Origin: Lobosporangium transversale
Taxonomy: Eukaryota
Direction: 5' to 3'
Length of the DNA: 64,000 nucleotides
NCBI RefSeq assembly: GCF_002105155.1
Contig: NW_019028993.1
Location: 682,001 to 746,000 of the forward strand
Each line of letters begins with the position of its first letter. Position 1 is the stretch's first letter. This document shows, in pieces, positions 11,929 to 23,449 of this stretch. The position numbers were made by a program, and so were the translations under genes. The notes beneath the pieces were generated by a model. The model searched no databases. It was given only the letters and a program-made list of their open reading frames with translations, and was not told the DNA's origin.

Positions 11929-12576
11929 ATGATGTCTTCACGCAAGGCTTCTCATCCAATGCCACCGCGTAAAGGTCGTGCTCCTTCTGGTGGCGTGTTT
12001 TCTGAAGTTGTATTGACACAGCGGTCGGCGGTACCAAGCTCCCAGGGTTCTTCAGATGACCCTGACGCCACACAGCCTTATTCTGTGCCTCAGGAGGAAG
12101 AGCTAGATACGAGGTTGGAATTGTCTCCACGTCTTTCACCTGTAATCTTGGGGCGGATGCTACCGAAGGAGGAGTATCCTGAGGTGGGCGATTCGCCAAC
12201 TGTGAGGGAAGCCAGAGATCATGTGGAGTCGAGTACTTCAGCGACGTCGGGAGTGGAGGGGGCTGGGGTCCGTTTGGCTTCTGTAAGTTCGACGAGTGAC
12301 AATGCACAGTGGGAAGCTGTTGATGGAGAGGATGGTCCTGAGGAGCCGGAGAGGCGACGGAAGAGGAGTCGTCATGAGGGACCGAGGCTGTCGATGATAA
12401 GAGAGTGTTCTTCGCTGATAGCGTTTGAGTTTCGTGCATTGCAGACCCAGGATGTGAGTGTAGAAGAGCGAGCACGGGAACGTCGTCGATTGATGGAGGA
12501 AATGGCGGTTGTTACCATGCTGGAGTGGGCAGAGAAGGGAGGTAAAAGGAAGAGAGGAAGAGAGGAAAGGAGATAG
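11929..12576 (+). CDS. Antisense ORF (215 aa, unknown function) inside the Gypsy element between pol and the 3' LTR
   Basis: Uninterrupted ATG-initiated ORF opposite to gag/pol, flanked by A-rich non-coding tracts. It has an S/P/E-rich N-half, RRRKRSR and KRKR basic motifs, and a helical-looking C-terminus. Confidence 0.55.
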   Translation: MMSSRKASHPMPPRKGRAPSGGVFSEVVLTQRSAVPSSQGSSDDPDATQPYSVPQEEELDTRLELSPRLSPVILGRMLPKEEYPEVGDSPTVREARDHVESSTSATSGVEGAGVRLASVSSTSDNAQWEAVDGEDGPEEPERRRKRSRHEGPRLSMIRECSSLIAFEFRALQTQDVSVEERARERRRLMEEMAVVTMLEWAEKGGKRKRGREERR

Positions 12577-12656
12577 TAAAAGAAGAAAGGAAGAGAGAAG
12601 AGAAAAAAAAAGAAGAAAAATAAAGAAAAAAGAAACAGAGAAAAATAATTTTGGTG

Positions 12657-15600
12657 TTACTGTTGCATTTTTTGAAATTCCTCCAGTGCTTCTTTTGCAT
12701 TAACTAGTGAGGATCTCCGTTCCCATGTTGCTTCTTCGTCAGGATATCCCTTCCATTTCACGAGCCACTTGGGGGTTCTGCCAAATAGTTTGTAATCCAG
12801 AATCTTTTCCACTTCATATTCTTCTTCGCCATCGACTAAATCTGGTGGGGGTCTGGCAGGTGCTCGTTCGCCGAAATTCTCCGGGGATTCGTGATAATGT
12901 CGTAATAAATCTGTATTGAAGACAGGGTGTTGTTTCATGTTCGGAGGTAGCTCGAGCTTGTACGCGTTGTCGTTGATCTTCTCTATGATTTTGAATGGTC
13001 CAATGAATTTTGGTTCCAACTTTTTGGAGGGTCGGTTTGCGTGAGCTGCGACAGTGATATGCTCCGTACTCAGTAAGACACTATCGCCTACAGTGAACCT
13101 GGCGGGTGATCGTGCTTTATCTGCTTGGCGTTTTTGGATGTCCTGAGCTGTCGCTATTGCGTCTTGTGCTTGCGCCAACGCAGAGGCTTGAGTGGAAATG
13201 AAGGTAGAGATAGCCGGTACATCTGTTGTTGGTGGTTTCAAGAGGGATGATGGGACAATGGGATGATGACCGTGGTTTAGGAAAAAGGGGGAAAACCCTG
13301 TGGAGGGGTTGACGGAGTTGTTGTATGCAAATTCCATCATTGGTAAGAGCAAGTCCCAGTCATTCTGTTTGTACGAGACATAAGATCGTAGCATTTCCTC
13401 CAGGGTCCTGTTGGCTCGCTCCGTCTGTCCGTCTGTCTGAGGATGGAATGCTGTAGACATGTGGAGTTTAGTTCCCATGAGCTTCATCAATGTGGTCCAG
13501 AAGTGTCCCGTGAATCTTGAGTCTCTGTCCGATACAATAGCTCGTGGCATGCCATGGAGTCGGAAGACATTATTGAAGAAGAGTCGCGCGATATCTGAAG
13601 CAGTGTCCGTTGTATGGCTAGGGCAGAAGTGGACTTGTTTGGATAACTTGTCTACGAATACAGTTATGGCATTGAACCCTCGGTTCGTCTTGGGTAAAGG
13701 GCCAATGAAGTCCATGGTGACAGTTTCCCATCGTTCAAGAGGTATATCGAGAGGTTTGAATAATCCGGCAGGATGATGAAGCAGTGGTTTATTTCGCTGG
13801 CACTGTTCGCATGATGCAATGTAAGTCTTGGTGTCTCGGGCCATTCGTGGCCAAAAGAAAGTCCTTCGCATGGTTTCATATGTTTTCTCGAAGCCGAGGT
13901 GGCCAGCAATGGGAGAATCATGTGCATCATGAAGTAGGAGAGCGCGAATGTTAGGATCATTCGGGATACATAAACGTGTCTGTCCAGCGATGTTAATCCA
14001 CAATAGGTCATCAGCAACAAAATAACGATCAGAGGGACTTGCCTCGCGGCAGCTTTCGTAAAGTGATCCTAACTTAAGGTCATATGGGTAACACTTTATC
14101 AGGCGCTGCCGTAAGCCTGGGTCCAAACTTATTTCTATGGAGTTAATCTGCTCACTGGCGGGATCCTGCGCCTTGTGGTCAGGCCTCCTTGAGAGAGCGT
14201 CGGGGACGATGTTGTCTTTGCCTGGTTTGTACTTGAAGTTGAAGTCGTATTCTTGTAGGAGTTCCATCCATCTGGCCTGTCTCCGAGTCAGGTTTGGCTG
14301 GGTTGGAAAATGCTGCAATGTGGCATGGTCAGTATAGACAATAAAATGAGATCCATCCAAATAGTATCGCCATGTTCTTAAGGCGTGGACGACAGCTAGT
14401 AATTCTTGCTCATGGGTTGGGTAGTTTCGTTCTGCAGAGCTCAACTTTCGTGATGTAAAGGCAACAGGGCGCGATTCGCCCTTGTGATCTGTTTGGAACA
14501 AGACTGCACCAATGGCGAAACCTGATGCATCAGTTTCGACGGAAGTTGCTAGGGCAGGGTCAAAAATTCTGAGTACGGGTGCCATGGTGACTGCCTGCTT
14601 CAGTCTTTCAAAGGCCTCTTGGTGAGGCTTGCTCCAGTAGAATGTTGTAGTTGAGCCTAACAGATCAGTAAGGGGAAGCGCGATATCAGCATAGTGGTCG
14701 ATGTATTGATGATAGAAGTTTGTTAATCCAAGGAACTGCATGACGTGGCGCTGTGTTGTGGGTGTTGGCCATTCTCTAACTGCCTTAACCAGTGCTCCGT
14801 TTGTTTTGAGTCCATCTTTGGATATAACATGGCCTAGGAACTCTGTCTCCTCTTGCATAAATGAACACTTGGAAAGCTTGCAAAAGAGGCCTGCCTTGCG
14901 TAGGAGCCTAAGAACGTTTCTGATGTCTTGTAGATGTTGCTCTTTGTTATCAGAATAAATCAGTATATCATCTAGGTAAACTACGGTGCATTTATCCAGC
15001 ACGGGATCCAACACGTTGCGCATCATGGCTGAAAAGGCGGCAGGTGCGCTGGTGAGTCCGAAAGGGACGACGTTAAACTCATAGTGACCGTAGCGTGTTC
15101 GAAATGCCGTTTTATGTCGGTCGTCTGGATGAACGCGCATTTGATGATATCCGGATAGTAAGTCGAGCTTTGTAAAAAATCGTGCTGTCCTGAAACGATC
15201 TATTAGCTCGTCGATTCTTGGTAGTGGATGGCGATTCTTACGGGTTATTTTGTTTAATCCTCTGTAGTCTACACACATCCTCAGTCCGCCATCCTTCTTT
15301 TTAACGAATAAAACTGGTGCTCCGTAGGGTGATGTACTTGGAGAGATGAAGCCTTTGCGCAGTAGTTCTGTGAGTTGTGTTTTTAGTTCGTCTAATTCAG
15401 CAATTGATAAGCGAATGACTGGTCTTACAGGTGGATCGGTATTATTTTCAGTCTCGATTCGCATGCTATCGCCACGATCCTGAGGGAGTCCGTCCGGTAG
15501 TGTGTCAGGAAAGAGGTCTGGAAATTCTACTTGGACAATTTGTTGAATCGATTCGGGTAGTGTTGAGTCTAGGTTTGTTGGTGGTGAAGTGGTTCTTACT

Positions 15601-16409
15601 TGGGCCAAGAATGTTGTCGTTTCGGGTTCTAATGCTAATGCAGCAAAGTTTATGGCAGAAAGGCAATCTTGACGAGCGGAGGAGGAGGTATGCCCTCGAC
15701 ATTCCCATAGTATGTGTTTACCATCGTGTTCAAAGTGTAAATCGTTAGTGCGCCAGTTGATTTGGGGATTGACTGCGGTTAGCCAAGGTTTCCCTAGGAT
15801 GAGATCATATTTTTTCGAGGGGTAGATGATACTTTGAATCTTTTCACCATAGGAACCACGTTCAAGGGTAACAGATGCGGTTCCTGGGGACATGACTGCT
15901 GTGCCATTCGGATGAATGATAGGGATAGGGTTCGCGTTGTCTATGATAATGTTATGTTTTCTGCAAAATTTTGAACTCAATACATTTCCTTCTGCTCCAC
16001 CATCAATGAGGATTCGCGCAGGGTGTCCGTTGACGGCCCCGATGAAGGTTAGTAGTCGTCTCGCATTGGTGTAGACAGCGGACAGGGATTGGAGGTGTGT
16101 GGCATGACGACGACGACGACGGGGTGGTTTGCTAGCAAGGTGTTCGTGGGAAGTAGAGGGGGTAGGTGAATTTTCAATTGTGTCTTGGTTTGAAGATGAT
16201 TTGATTTCAGTGACAGGTGACGCGGAATTGGAATCGGGGGAGAGGTGATTTAGGGAATCCAGAGAAATGGAAGTGGTGTGGTGCAAGGTGCTTTTAGAGG
16301 GTAGTGATAAGAGAGAGGATAGAGAAAATATGGGAGAGGAACGAGAAGGCATAATCATGGATTTAGGAGAACTAGAGTTTTTATTACTGTTGTTACTACT
16401 TAAATCCAT
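12657..16409 (-). CDS. pol: Pol polyprotein (aspartic protease, reverse transcriptase, RNase H, integrase, chromodomain)
   Basis: Motifs LIDGGA (PR), YLDD (RT), ETDAS (RH), H..H..C..C and MDF/SDRD/QTE (IN), GPF, and YEVEKIL...LVKWKGY...TWE (chromodomain). The frame stays open upstream to the slippery site at 16490-16496. Confidence 0.95.
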   Translation of the reverse strand: MDLSSNNSNKNSSSPKSMIMPSRSSPIFSLSSLLSLPSKSTLHHTTSISLDSLNHLSPDSNSASPVTEIKSSSNQDTIENSPTPSTSHEHLASKPPRRRRRHATHLQSLSAVYTNARRLLTFIGAVNGHPARILIDGGAEGNVLSSKFCRKHNIIIDNANPIPIIHPNGTAVMSPGTASVTLERGSYGEKIQSIIYPSKKYDLILGKPWLTAVNPQINWRTNDLHFEHDGKHILWECRGHTSSSARQDCLSAINFAALALEPETTTFLAQVRTTSPPTNLDSTLPESIQQIVQVEFPDLFPDTLPDGLPQDRGDSMRIETENNTDPPVRPVIRLSIAELDELKTQLTELLRKGFISPSTSPYGAPVLFVKKKDGGLRMCVDYRGLNKITRKNRHPLPRIDELIDRFRTARFFTKLDLLSGYHQMRVHPDDRHKTAFRTRYGHYEFNVVPFGLTSAPAAFSAMMRNVLDPVLDKCTVVYLDDILIYSDNKEQHLQDIRNVLRLLRKAGLFCKLSKCSFMQEETEFLGHVISKDGLKTNGALVKAVREWPTPTTQRHVMQFLGLTNFYHQYIDHYADIALPLTDLLGSTTTFYWSKPHQEAFERLKQAVTMAPVLRIFDPALATSVETDASGFAIGAVLFQTDHKGESRPVAFTSRKLSSAERNYPTHEQELLAVVHALRTWRYYLDGSHFIVYTDHATLQHFPTQPNLTRRQARWMELLQEYDFNFKYKPGKDNIVPDALSRRPDHKAQDPASEQINSIEISLDPGLRQRLIKCYPYDLKLGSLYESCREASPSDRYFVADDLLWINIAGQTRLCIPNDPNIRALLLHDAHDSPIAGHLGFEKTYETMRRTFFWPRMARDTKTYIASCEQCQRNKPLLHHPAGLFKPLDIPLERWETVTMDFIGPLPKTNRGFNAITVFVDKLSKQVHFCPSHTTDTASDIARLFFNNVFRLHGMPRAIVSDRDSRFTGHFWTTLMKLMGTKLHMSTAFHPQTDGQTERANRTLEEMLRSYVSYKQNDWDLLLPMMEFAYNNSVNPSTGFSPFFLNHGHHPIVPSSLLKPPTTDVPAISTFISTQASALAQAQDAIATAQDIQKRQADKARSPARFTVGDSVLLSTEHITVAAHANRPSKKLEPKFIGPFKIIEKINDNAYKLELPPNMKQHPVFNTDLLRHYHESPENFGERAPARPPPDLVDGEEEYEVEKILDYKLFGRTPKWLVKWKGYPDEEATWERRSSLVNAKEALEEFQKMQQ

Positions 16410-16471
16410 ATGACTGCGCCCTCTAGAGCCCAGGACTCGAGGGTTGGTGGTGAGAGCGAGGCTGGCCTGGT

Positions 16472-17443
16472 CTACAGCTCGCTCTCCTCTTTTCCCGAGT
16501 CGTCGTAGTCGTCTTGCTGTTCCAGGTTGTTCAAGTTCCTAGTCACGCGGCAGTTCTTGGCCATGTGTCCTTTCTTTCTGCAGCGAAAGCAAGCGCCCGC
16601 GCGGCGCAGTTTTGTTCTGTCATTTTCGGTGAGCTTGGAGAGTGGTCTGTTGTTAGTCGAGGAGGGGCGATGGAAGTTCGCTAAGCCTGTGGAGTTTGTA
16701 CTCTGTAGTAGGAAGTTATTGAACATCATCTGCATTGCGTCTAGGTCCATCGGGGTCGGTGTGGGTTGGCTTGTTTGGCTTGTCATGATGGGGGGTCTAG
16801 AGGAATGTAAAATGCTGTGGATCATCGTAGCCTGCTTGATGGCCTGGTTGAGAGTCTGAGGCTAGCGAAGGAGGACTTCCTTGCTTGTGTCTTCTACGAG
16901 GCCGTAGGTATAATGGAGGACAAGCCATGATTCCTCCAGTTTGGGTGTGAGGCGTTGGAGGCGGCGGAATTTGGCAGTGTATTCCGATACTGAGGATTTA
17001 CCTTGTTTTAATTGAACCAGTGCTTTCTGGGCTGAAGAAGCCGTGTCAGGGGGTGTGAAGTTTTCGATGAATTTACTTCGGAAAGTGTCCCATGGTGTAT
17101 CAATTGTCATTTCCGAGTCTCGCCACCATGCCTTGGCGTCTCCTTTCAGGTTGACAACGGTATATCGGACCCAACGGGAGTGGTTAAGCTCCATGATCTC
17201 GAAGTACTCTTCTTGGTTCTCCAAGAAGTTGAGGACCGCGACAGCGTCGCCGTTTCCCTCGTATGGTTCTGGTTTGGTAGGTTTTATCACAGCAGCCACC
17301 GTGCGGACATGGTCGTTAAAGGCGGCAGCGCTAGAAGCACTATCCTGTCGGGATTCGAGGAAGGTTTGCACAGCGTTCTGCACGGATAGGCTGGTACTGG
17401 CATCAAGGTTAAGAGCTTTCAAGGAAGTGGTGAGGTTGTCCAT
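16472..17443 (-). pseudogene. gag: Gag with one in-frame premature stop (TAG at 16862-16864)
   Basis: Capsid-like KPEPYEG...LKGDAKAWW...LKQGKSSVSEY, then EVLLR*PQTLNQAI continues in the same frame to a CCHC knuckle CFRCRKKGHMAKNC. Confidence 0.88.
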
Positions 17444-17578
17444 GGCAAAAAAAAAAAAAAAAAAATCAAATGCAGGGGTAAATTTTTAAACTTTATCTAG
17501 GAAAATATCAGAGGGATCTAGGGAAAAATATCAGAGGGAAATATAAGCGGTTTCTGGCGGGGTCGGTGGTTCGATGAA

Positions 17579-17590
17579 CCTTTGCTACCA
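17579..17590 (-). promoter_or_regulatory. Primer binding site TGGTAGCAAAGG (probably tRNA-iMet)
   Basis: Immediately follows the 5' LTR on the minus strand and begins TGGTAGC. Confidence 0.7.
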
Positions 17591-17804
17591 TGTAAATAGT
17601 AACAATCAAAGGTGATCTTAGGTAGAATCGAAGGTCAAAGGATACTTTATTTGGCTATAACGTAGTGGACTATTTATACTGATAATTGATAGGGTTGGGG
17701 CTTGGTGTCTTGGCACTTGGGCTTGGCGTCTTGGCGCCTGGGGTGCGCGTGATAGTTGAGCCCTCCTCAAAGGTTTGGGTTCAGTATTGTATAACACGTT
17801 TGCA
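17591..17804 (-). repeat. 5' LTR
   Basis: Direct repeat of 11425-11637, with TG..CA termini. Confidence 0.9.
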
Positions 17805-18452
17805 TTGCACCTTAGCAGCATCCAGTTGTATTCACTACGTCTCAGAAGTATTCAGCTGTATTCATTTCAGCTCACTTCAGTTCTATTTATTTCAGTTCAC
17901 CTCAGTTCTGTTCATTTCATCTCACTTCAGCTCATCTCAGCTCCCTCGTCTTCTTTCTAAACTCCTCGTGCGGCAGTGGAATTTAGCCTTGCAGGCATTG
18001 CAAATGTTACCAAATCATTAACGACATCCGACAAGGCTTTTCATCGCCAAGAATCATCATCATCTCATACATGTATATGATAATTTTAAGATTCAGAAGT
18101 TTGTTATTAACGATAGTCAGGATACCAAGGCAATACCTGGATACTTGAAACATGTAAGACAGCGTGTCATAAAAATCGACATCGATGCTGCATATTCAGG
18201 CAGTACGAACCTGAAGAATTAAATTGAATACCAATCAAGTGGATGAAAATTTGTCTTATAAAGAAAGCATTATACCTGTTCCTTGAGGATTTTTTACAAT
18301 AGTACATCCTTTATGGATGAAGCCATCATCATCCACTTACCCTTTAGACAAAGGCGATGGCGCTTTTAAATCGGTCCTACACACACACTTATTGAGGGCC
18401 CGTCATAACCGCTGTTGCATATTTCGTTTAATTGCATATTTGATCACATGTA

Positions 18453-18776
18453 CACCAAAATTTTGTTTATCCGGACGATTTACTAAGGAAAACGTCCGGA
18501 TATTTTTAAGGTTCCAATGAATTGGGAAGTATTCTTAACTTTACAAAATATATAGGCGCATGTGACATTGCATTTACGGGTTCCCATAAATGCACATTCC
18601 CGGGCGAAAGGTTGGACAAAAGGCCGGATGCAAGTGCATTTATGGGAACCGATAAATGCAATGTCACATGCGCCTATATATTTTGTAAAGTTAAGAATAC
18701 TTCCCAATTCATTGGAACCTTAAAAATATCCGGACGTTTTCCTTAGTAAATCGTCCGGATAAACAAAATTTTGGTG
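18453..18776. mobile_element. Foldback MITE with ~143-bp TIRs and TA flanks
   Basis: 18453-18576 is the exact reverse complement of the right end, and pairing continues with 2 mismatches to ~18595. TA lies at 18451-18452 and 18777-18778. Confidence 0.88.
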
Positions 18777-19596
18777 TACAAAAGGATAACTGCAGCCGTC
18801 CAGCCTACATAAATAGGATCTTTATGTATAGAAAACAAATGAATAAATACTCGGATAATGTGGTGCTGCGTGCAATGTTTTAACCTAAATGATATTGTTT
18901 ATACATGATCTCTGTCACTCAGGAAATTAAAACAAAACCTGTGAGGAAAAAATAAACCTCAACGTGCAGATTATTATTTTTTGCCAAAGGAAAATGTCCC
19001 ACGACAGAGTAAAAAACCTCTGCGATACTCTCTATGAGCGTTATGATGCCATTCTCTTGGATCGTGTTATTCGTCTAATTTTTGAGTTGGCTTTATCAGA
19101 TGGCTGTACCTTTTTTTGGCTTATTAACCTCTGGTGTTGCTTCAGGAGATGCTTCGACTCGGGAATTTTTTCAAATTTAAAAAAGAGACCTCCAGCCAAA
19201 ATGTCAAGTTTGGTCCCAGCCTGAGAGAGAAGTGTCTGCAAGAGCAAGCCAGATTTGCCTTTCAGTACGTGCATGTGCACATGAACTTCGTCCTCAGGCT
19301 GGTGAATTCAGGTATGGAGGTACATCAGTACAAAACACTGCATCAAACAAATTATATTTTTATTTGTACAGATTTCAGGAACAGGAAATGTCAATGAAAA
19401 ATTAGCGGCGTATCAGACTTTTGGTGGCGGCAAAGCCACTGTCCTCTTCACAACTTGGGACTGAGAGGATCCCTGTCAAGCAAGACCACCGCACGCATGA
19501 TAGGGCCCCTCGATAACTAAGCCAATGGACACATTGAGCCAAACTGTTTGTATCCTTCCATCATTTGAAATCATTACTGAACCGATAACCAAGCCA

Positions 19597-19836
19597 TCAT
19601 TTGGTAATATGACGACCCGACAAGCTCGAAATCCAAAAAATAATGCAGATGGATATTCTCGGCTTTGTCATGAAAGAAACCTTGCTTGTGTCCTCGACTG
19701 ATTCTTTGACTTCTGGGTCCATCGCGAAAGAATAGAAGAGTGGTTGCATCTGGCCTGTAGCGTTTCCAGCAGTAGATAGCTGTGAGGCAGTAGCAGTAGT
19801 AGTACGGTTGCGATGGGGTAGACGGGTGGCTGTCAT
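19597..19836 (-). CDS. Small unknown protein, tandem family member 1 (79 aa)
   Basis: MTATRLPHRNRTTTATASQ...PLFYSFAMDPEVKESVEDTSKVSFMTK, a clear paralog of members 2 and 3. Confidence 0.5.
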   Translation of the reverse strand: MTATRLPHRNRTTTATASQLSTAGNATGQMQPLFYSFAMDPEVKESVEDTSKVSFMTKPRISICIIFWISSLSGRHITK

Positions 19837-21248
19837 TTTTAAGAAAGCTTTAAGGTAGATGTTATGGAATAGTGATATATATAAAGAGAAAGAGATAGAG
19901 AAAGAAAGAGAAAGAAAGTACATAGAGGAGATGAAGCGGTTTTTATCTTGCCAATGCTGAAGAATAGAGATTAAGGATTCTCAGGACTTGACAAAGTGCC
20001 AATAACTTCGTCTGAATGCTGCTATATTGCATTAGTCTCAAATGGAGTTTTGGGACTCGAGCATTGTACCCACAGCTACCCCACCCTTTTTTCTACTTAT
20101 TCTTACTTTTTTTTTCATTCCCTCGATTCTTTGTATTCTTTGCATTCTTTGCAATCTTTGCATTAATGAATAATCAAAAGTTGGCATAATTATATATATA
20201 CTGTGTGATCCGATGTGGCGCTGAGCAGTGATGGCAAATAATGAGTGCCCTCAAAAAGAACTAGGGTCTTTTTCTAACATTGTTTCAGCCAGGGGAATGT
20301 CCCTAGTTTTTGTGTGCGCCGCAGGTATGACTCCCTGTCCTTGCACTGGCATTTGTATATACTTTCTTTTATTGTTTTTGTCCTCATGCCCTGTTCAGGC
20401 TTGAGCAGGTGTGTTACACCAACGTGTAATGTCATATATTGCAATTTCAATGCATTGCAAAACTTATTTCAACGAGAATGCAGAAAATAAATGAGCATCA
20501 TCCAGTCGGGAGTTTTGTACAGAACATATTTGACGAGAGGCCACGAAAAAGACTGAGATACCCTTCAAAAAGTACATGAATGTTGAATACATGTTGGTCT
20601 ATGCTTTTTATTATTATTATTATTTTTTTTTCTAGAAAAGAAAACCTCTCAATGTTTATTTGATACAAGTAATGATACAAGCAGATAGATATATATAACT
20701 GTATTCCACTGCTCATTTGCACACTATACGATACGTCAGAGAGAACATGTATTTTGTAGTAATCAATTCAAAAAGAGAGGAGTCTCCTTCCTCTTCATAG
20801 CCACTTTTTTTTTCGGCTTGTTTTATTTCGTTTCACTTCGCCTTACTTTGGTTTGCTTTAATTACTATTTTATATAAGTATTTTATTTTATTATTTTATG
20901 TTGCTATTGCCTTGTATTTACTGCTACTTTATTGTTTGCTCTTCTATTTTATTTTCTTTTATTTTAATAAAAACACTTTGATCGCGTATGTAAAAAAAAA
21001 AAAAAAAAAAAAAAAAACGCGGGAATTTTTTTTTTTTTTCTATTTTGCAAAAGATGAATTGCATCATGCGGTTAGTAATAGCTTTTATTTTTATTTTTTT
21101 TCCCTCCAAGCGACAATAGACTATGCACTCAGGTTCAATGTATTGAACTTGAATATAAGTTGAGTTTAACCAAATTATATAATATAATACAATATATTTA
21201 ATAGTACAATCTAAAATAGGCTGTTCCTTATCGAGTTATCTCCGCGGT

Positions 21249-21412
21249 ATTAGCTTTCGGTGGTCTCGCTTGGTAGGGTAATCTCGGCTCCGATCATGAA
21301 GGAAACATTAATTGTCCTTGACTATTTCCTTGACTTTAGGATCCATTGTGAAAGAATAATAGTACAGTTGTACCTGGCCTGAAGCGGTTACGGCAGTGGA
21401 TTGTTGTGAGGT

Positions 21413-21449
<37 letters not shown>

Positions 21450-21490
21450 CCAGTACGGTTGGTGCGGCGGGGCATACGAATGGCGGTCAT
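21249..21490 (-). pseudogene. Small unknown protein, family member 2 (frameshifted near 21308)
   Basis: MTAIRMPRRTNRTGAAAA...YYYSFTMDPKVKEIVKDN*. The homologous VSFM continues in a shifted frame. Confidence 0.5.
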
Positions 21491-23101
21491 GATTAAAAAA
21501 AGAGTTTTAAGGTTGAGGCTTTGAGTCAATGAAAGAGAAAGAGAGAGAAAGTATGTAGAAGAGATAGAGTGCTTTTATGTGCTAGTCCTTTCAATTCTAG
21601 AGACGATATTTATACAAGTAGTTGGTTGAACAGATTCTGATCGAAAGATATTTATAACATTGAGTGGTGATCAAACTTCCAACTGCCATTAACTTTGTTA
21701 TATGACACTAGTTGTCAAAGAGAAGCATGCTTTCTTTTTTTGTGATACGATGTGGAGTAGGGGAATTTCCTACCTGTTGCATTCTCGGCATTCTAAAGCT
21801 TCCAACTGAAATTCAGGCATAGATATTTTGTTTTTTGTGCTACACTGCCGTTTTCCGTTCATGTTGATTGATTCGGTAAGAACAAGGCCATGAGTGATGA
21901 TGATAATAGTCCACGGATTAGTGCAAGAAAAGGCTCTCAGAGAGAAACAATGATCTTTCTGCCCTTTTGATGATACAAAAAATAAAATAAAAAAAAATAA
22001 AATAAAATAAAAAAAAAGTAGGAAGAGAAGTAAATTAAGAAAGTAAATTAAGAAAGTAAAAGAAAGAAAAGAGTATTATAAAATAAAACATGAATCATGA
22101 ATGTGTTCATTTATAGAGTAGAAAATGGTCGAAATCTTTTAGCGTAGGAGGGCTTAGTCTGGGAAAGGAAGAGAGCAATGTGCTGTAAATAAGTAAAGGG
22201 CTTAGCCCGAAAGGAAAAAAAATAAAAAAATAAAAAAATAAAAAAATAAAAAAGAGGGATAAAAAGAAAGAGGAGGTCAGGAGGAAAGAAAATCTTGCTT
22301 TTCTTGTTGCAACGCTTTGGAGCTTTGGTGCAACTAGCATCAATACGTCATACATACAAATACAGATATGTAATTGCAGTCAAATACCTCAATAACAAAA
22401 TTTCGACTTTTATACAATCATCTATTTAGTCCGTGTACAAATTACAACTGATACACTAGCAGTTCTTTGTGAAAACAGTCGCGTCCAGGGAATAAAGGAT
22501 ACATATGACCCTTATTTCCTTCCCTACATCGCAGTCCAAAGAGCTGTAGTACTTCAGGGCATGTTTTTGAACCATCTGTAAGAGTCATTGGAGAAAAAGG
22601 CACATGTAGAAATATGAAAAGAATTCCACGCGGGTGTAATAGAAGCGCAATCACTATTCTAGCTCTGGATGAATTGAGCCTATTACTCATGTATGTATAG
22701 AAACATACGCTTGAGCTCAGAAAGTCTTCAAAGATTACATGCAGGTACATGTACAGCATTCAGGTACTTGTACTATATAACATGTGGTCAATGCTTCAAA
22801 TTTATACGGGGGAAAAAAAAAAAAAAATTAACACCAAAACGGTCGAGATGACCTCACTATTTCTAATTTTTATTACAACTTGTCTAGAATAAAGAAGGAA
22901 AAAGAAAAATCTTCAACAATCACATGAGCAACATTTTCCTTACTGGTATTTAAATAAAATAACTAAAAATAAGCTATTTGTAACATTTGGTACTGACACC
23001 AGCGTGGTTTAACTATGCTCCACTACTGATGCTCAGCACTATGGATATGGCAAGCATCATCAGCAATATACATTTCACAGTTGTAACATCAATGACTATT
23101 C

Positions 23102-23132
<31 letters not shown>

Positions 23133-23449
23133 AAAAGAGCTCTGTAGAGCACTTCCTTTTTTAAATTATATTTATTTGAAACAATGTGAGTAAGCATTTG
23201 TATCACATTTTTGGTGGCGGTCAAAGCCACACCGTCCTCAGCACATGGAGTTGAGAATGGATCCCGATATGCATTTTGCATTTTGCATTTTCAAAATGTT
23301 GAATTGCTAACATATCGGTTTGTCAGATTGCCAGTTTGTCAGGTTATTAGGTTGTCAAATGATGACTCGGTCATCGGCTCAAGTAATGGTTTCAAACGAT
23401 GGAAGGATGCAACAGGTTCAAGGGGCCCAATGGCTTGAAGTCGCTGGGG

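Larger units (their letters stand above)
11425..17804 (-). mobile_element. Ty3/Gypsy LTR retrotransposon (chromovirus)
   Basis: Two ~213-bp LTRs (TG..CA), PBS, PPT, gag, and pol with PR-RT-RH-IN-chromodomain. Confidence 0.95.

Noticed and set aside
17805..17945. Degenerate (TTCAG/CTCA)-type repeat next to the 5' LTR as an LTR extension or CRISPR-like array
   Set aside because: It is absent from the other LTR and has no fixed repeat-spacer periodicity; this is low-complexity DNA.
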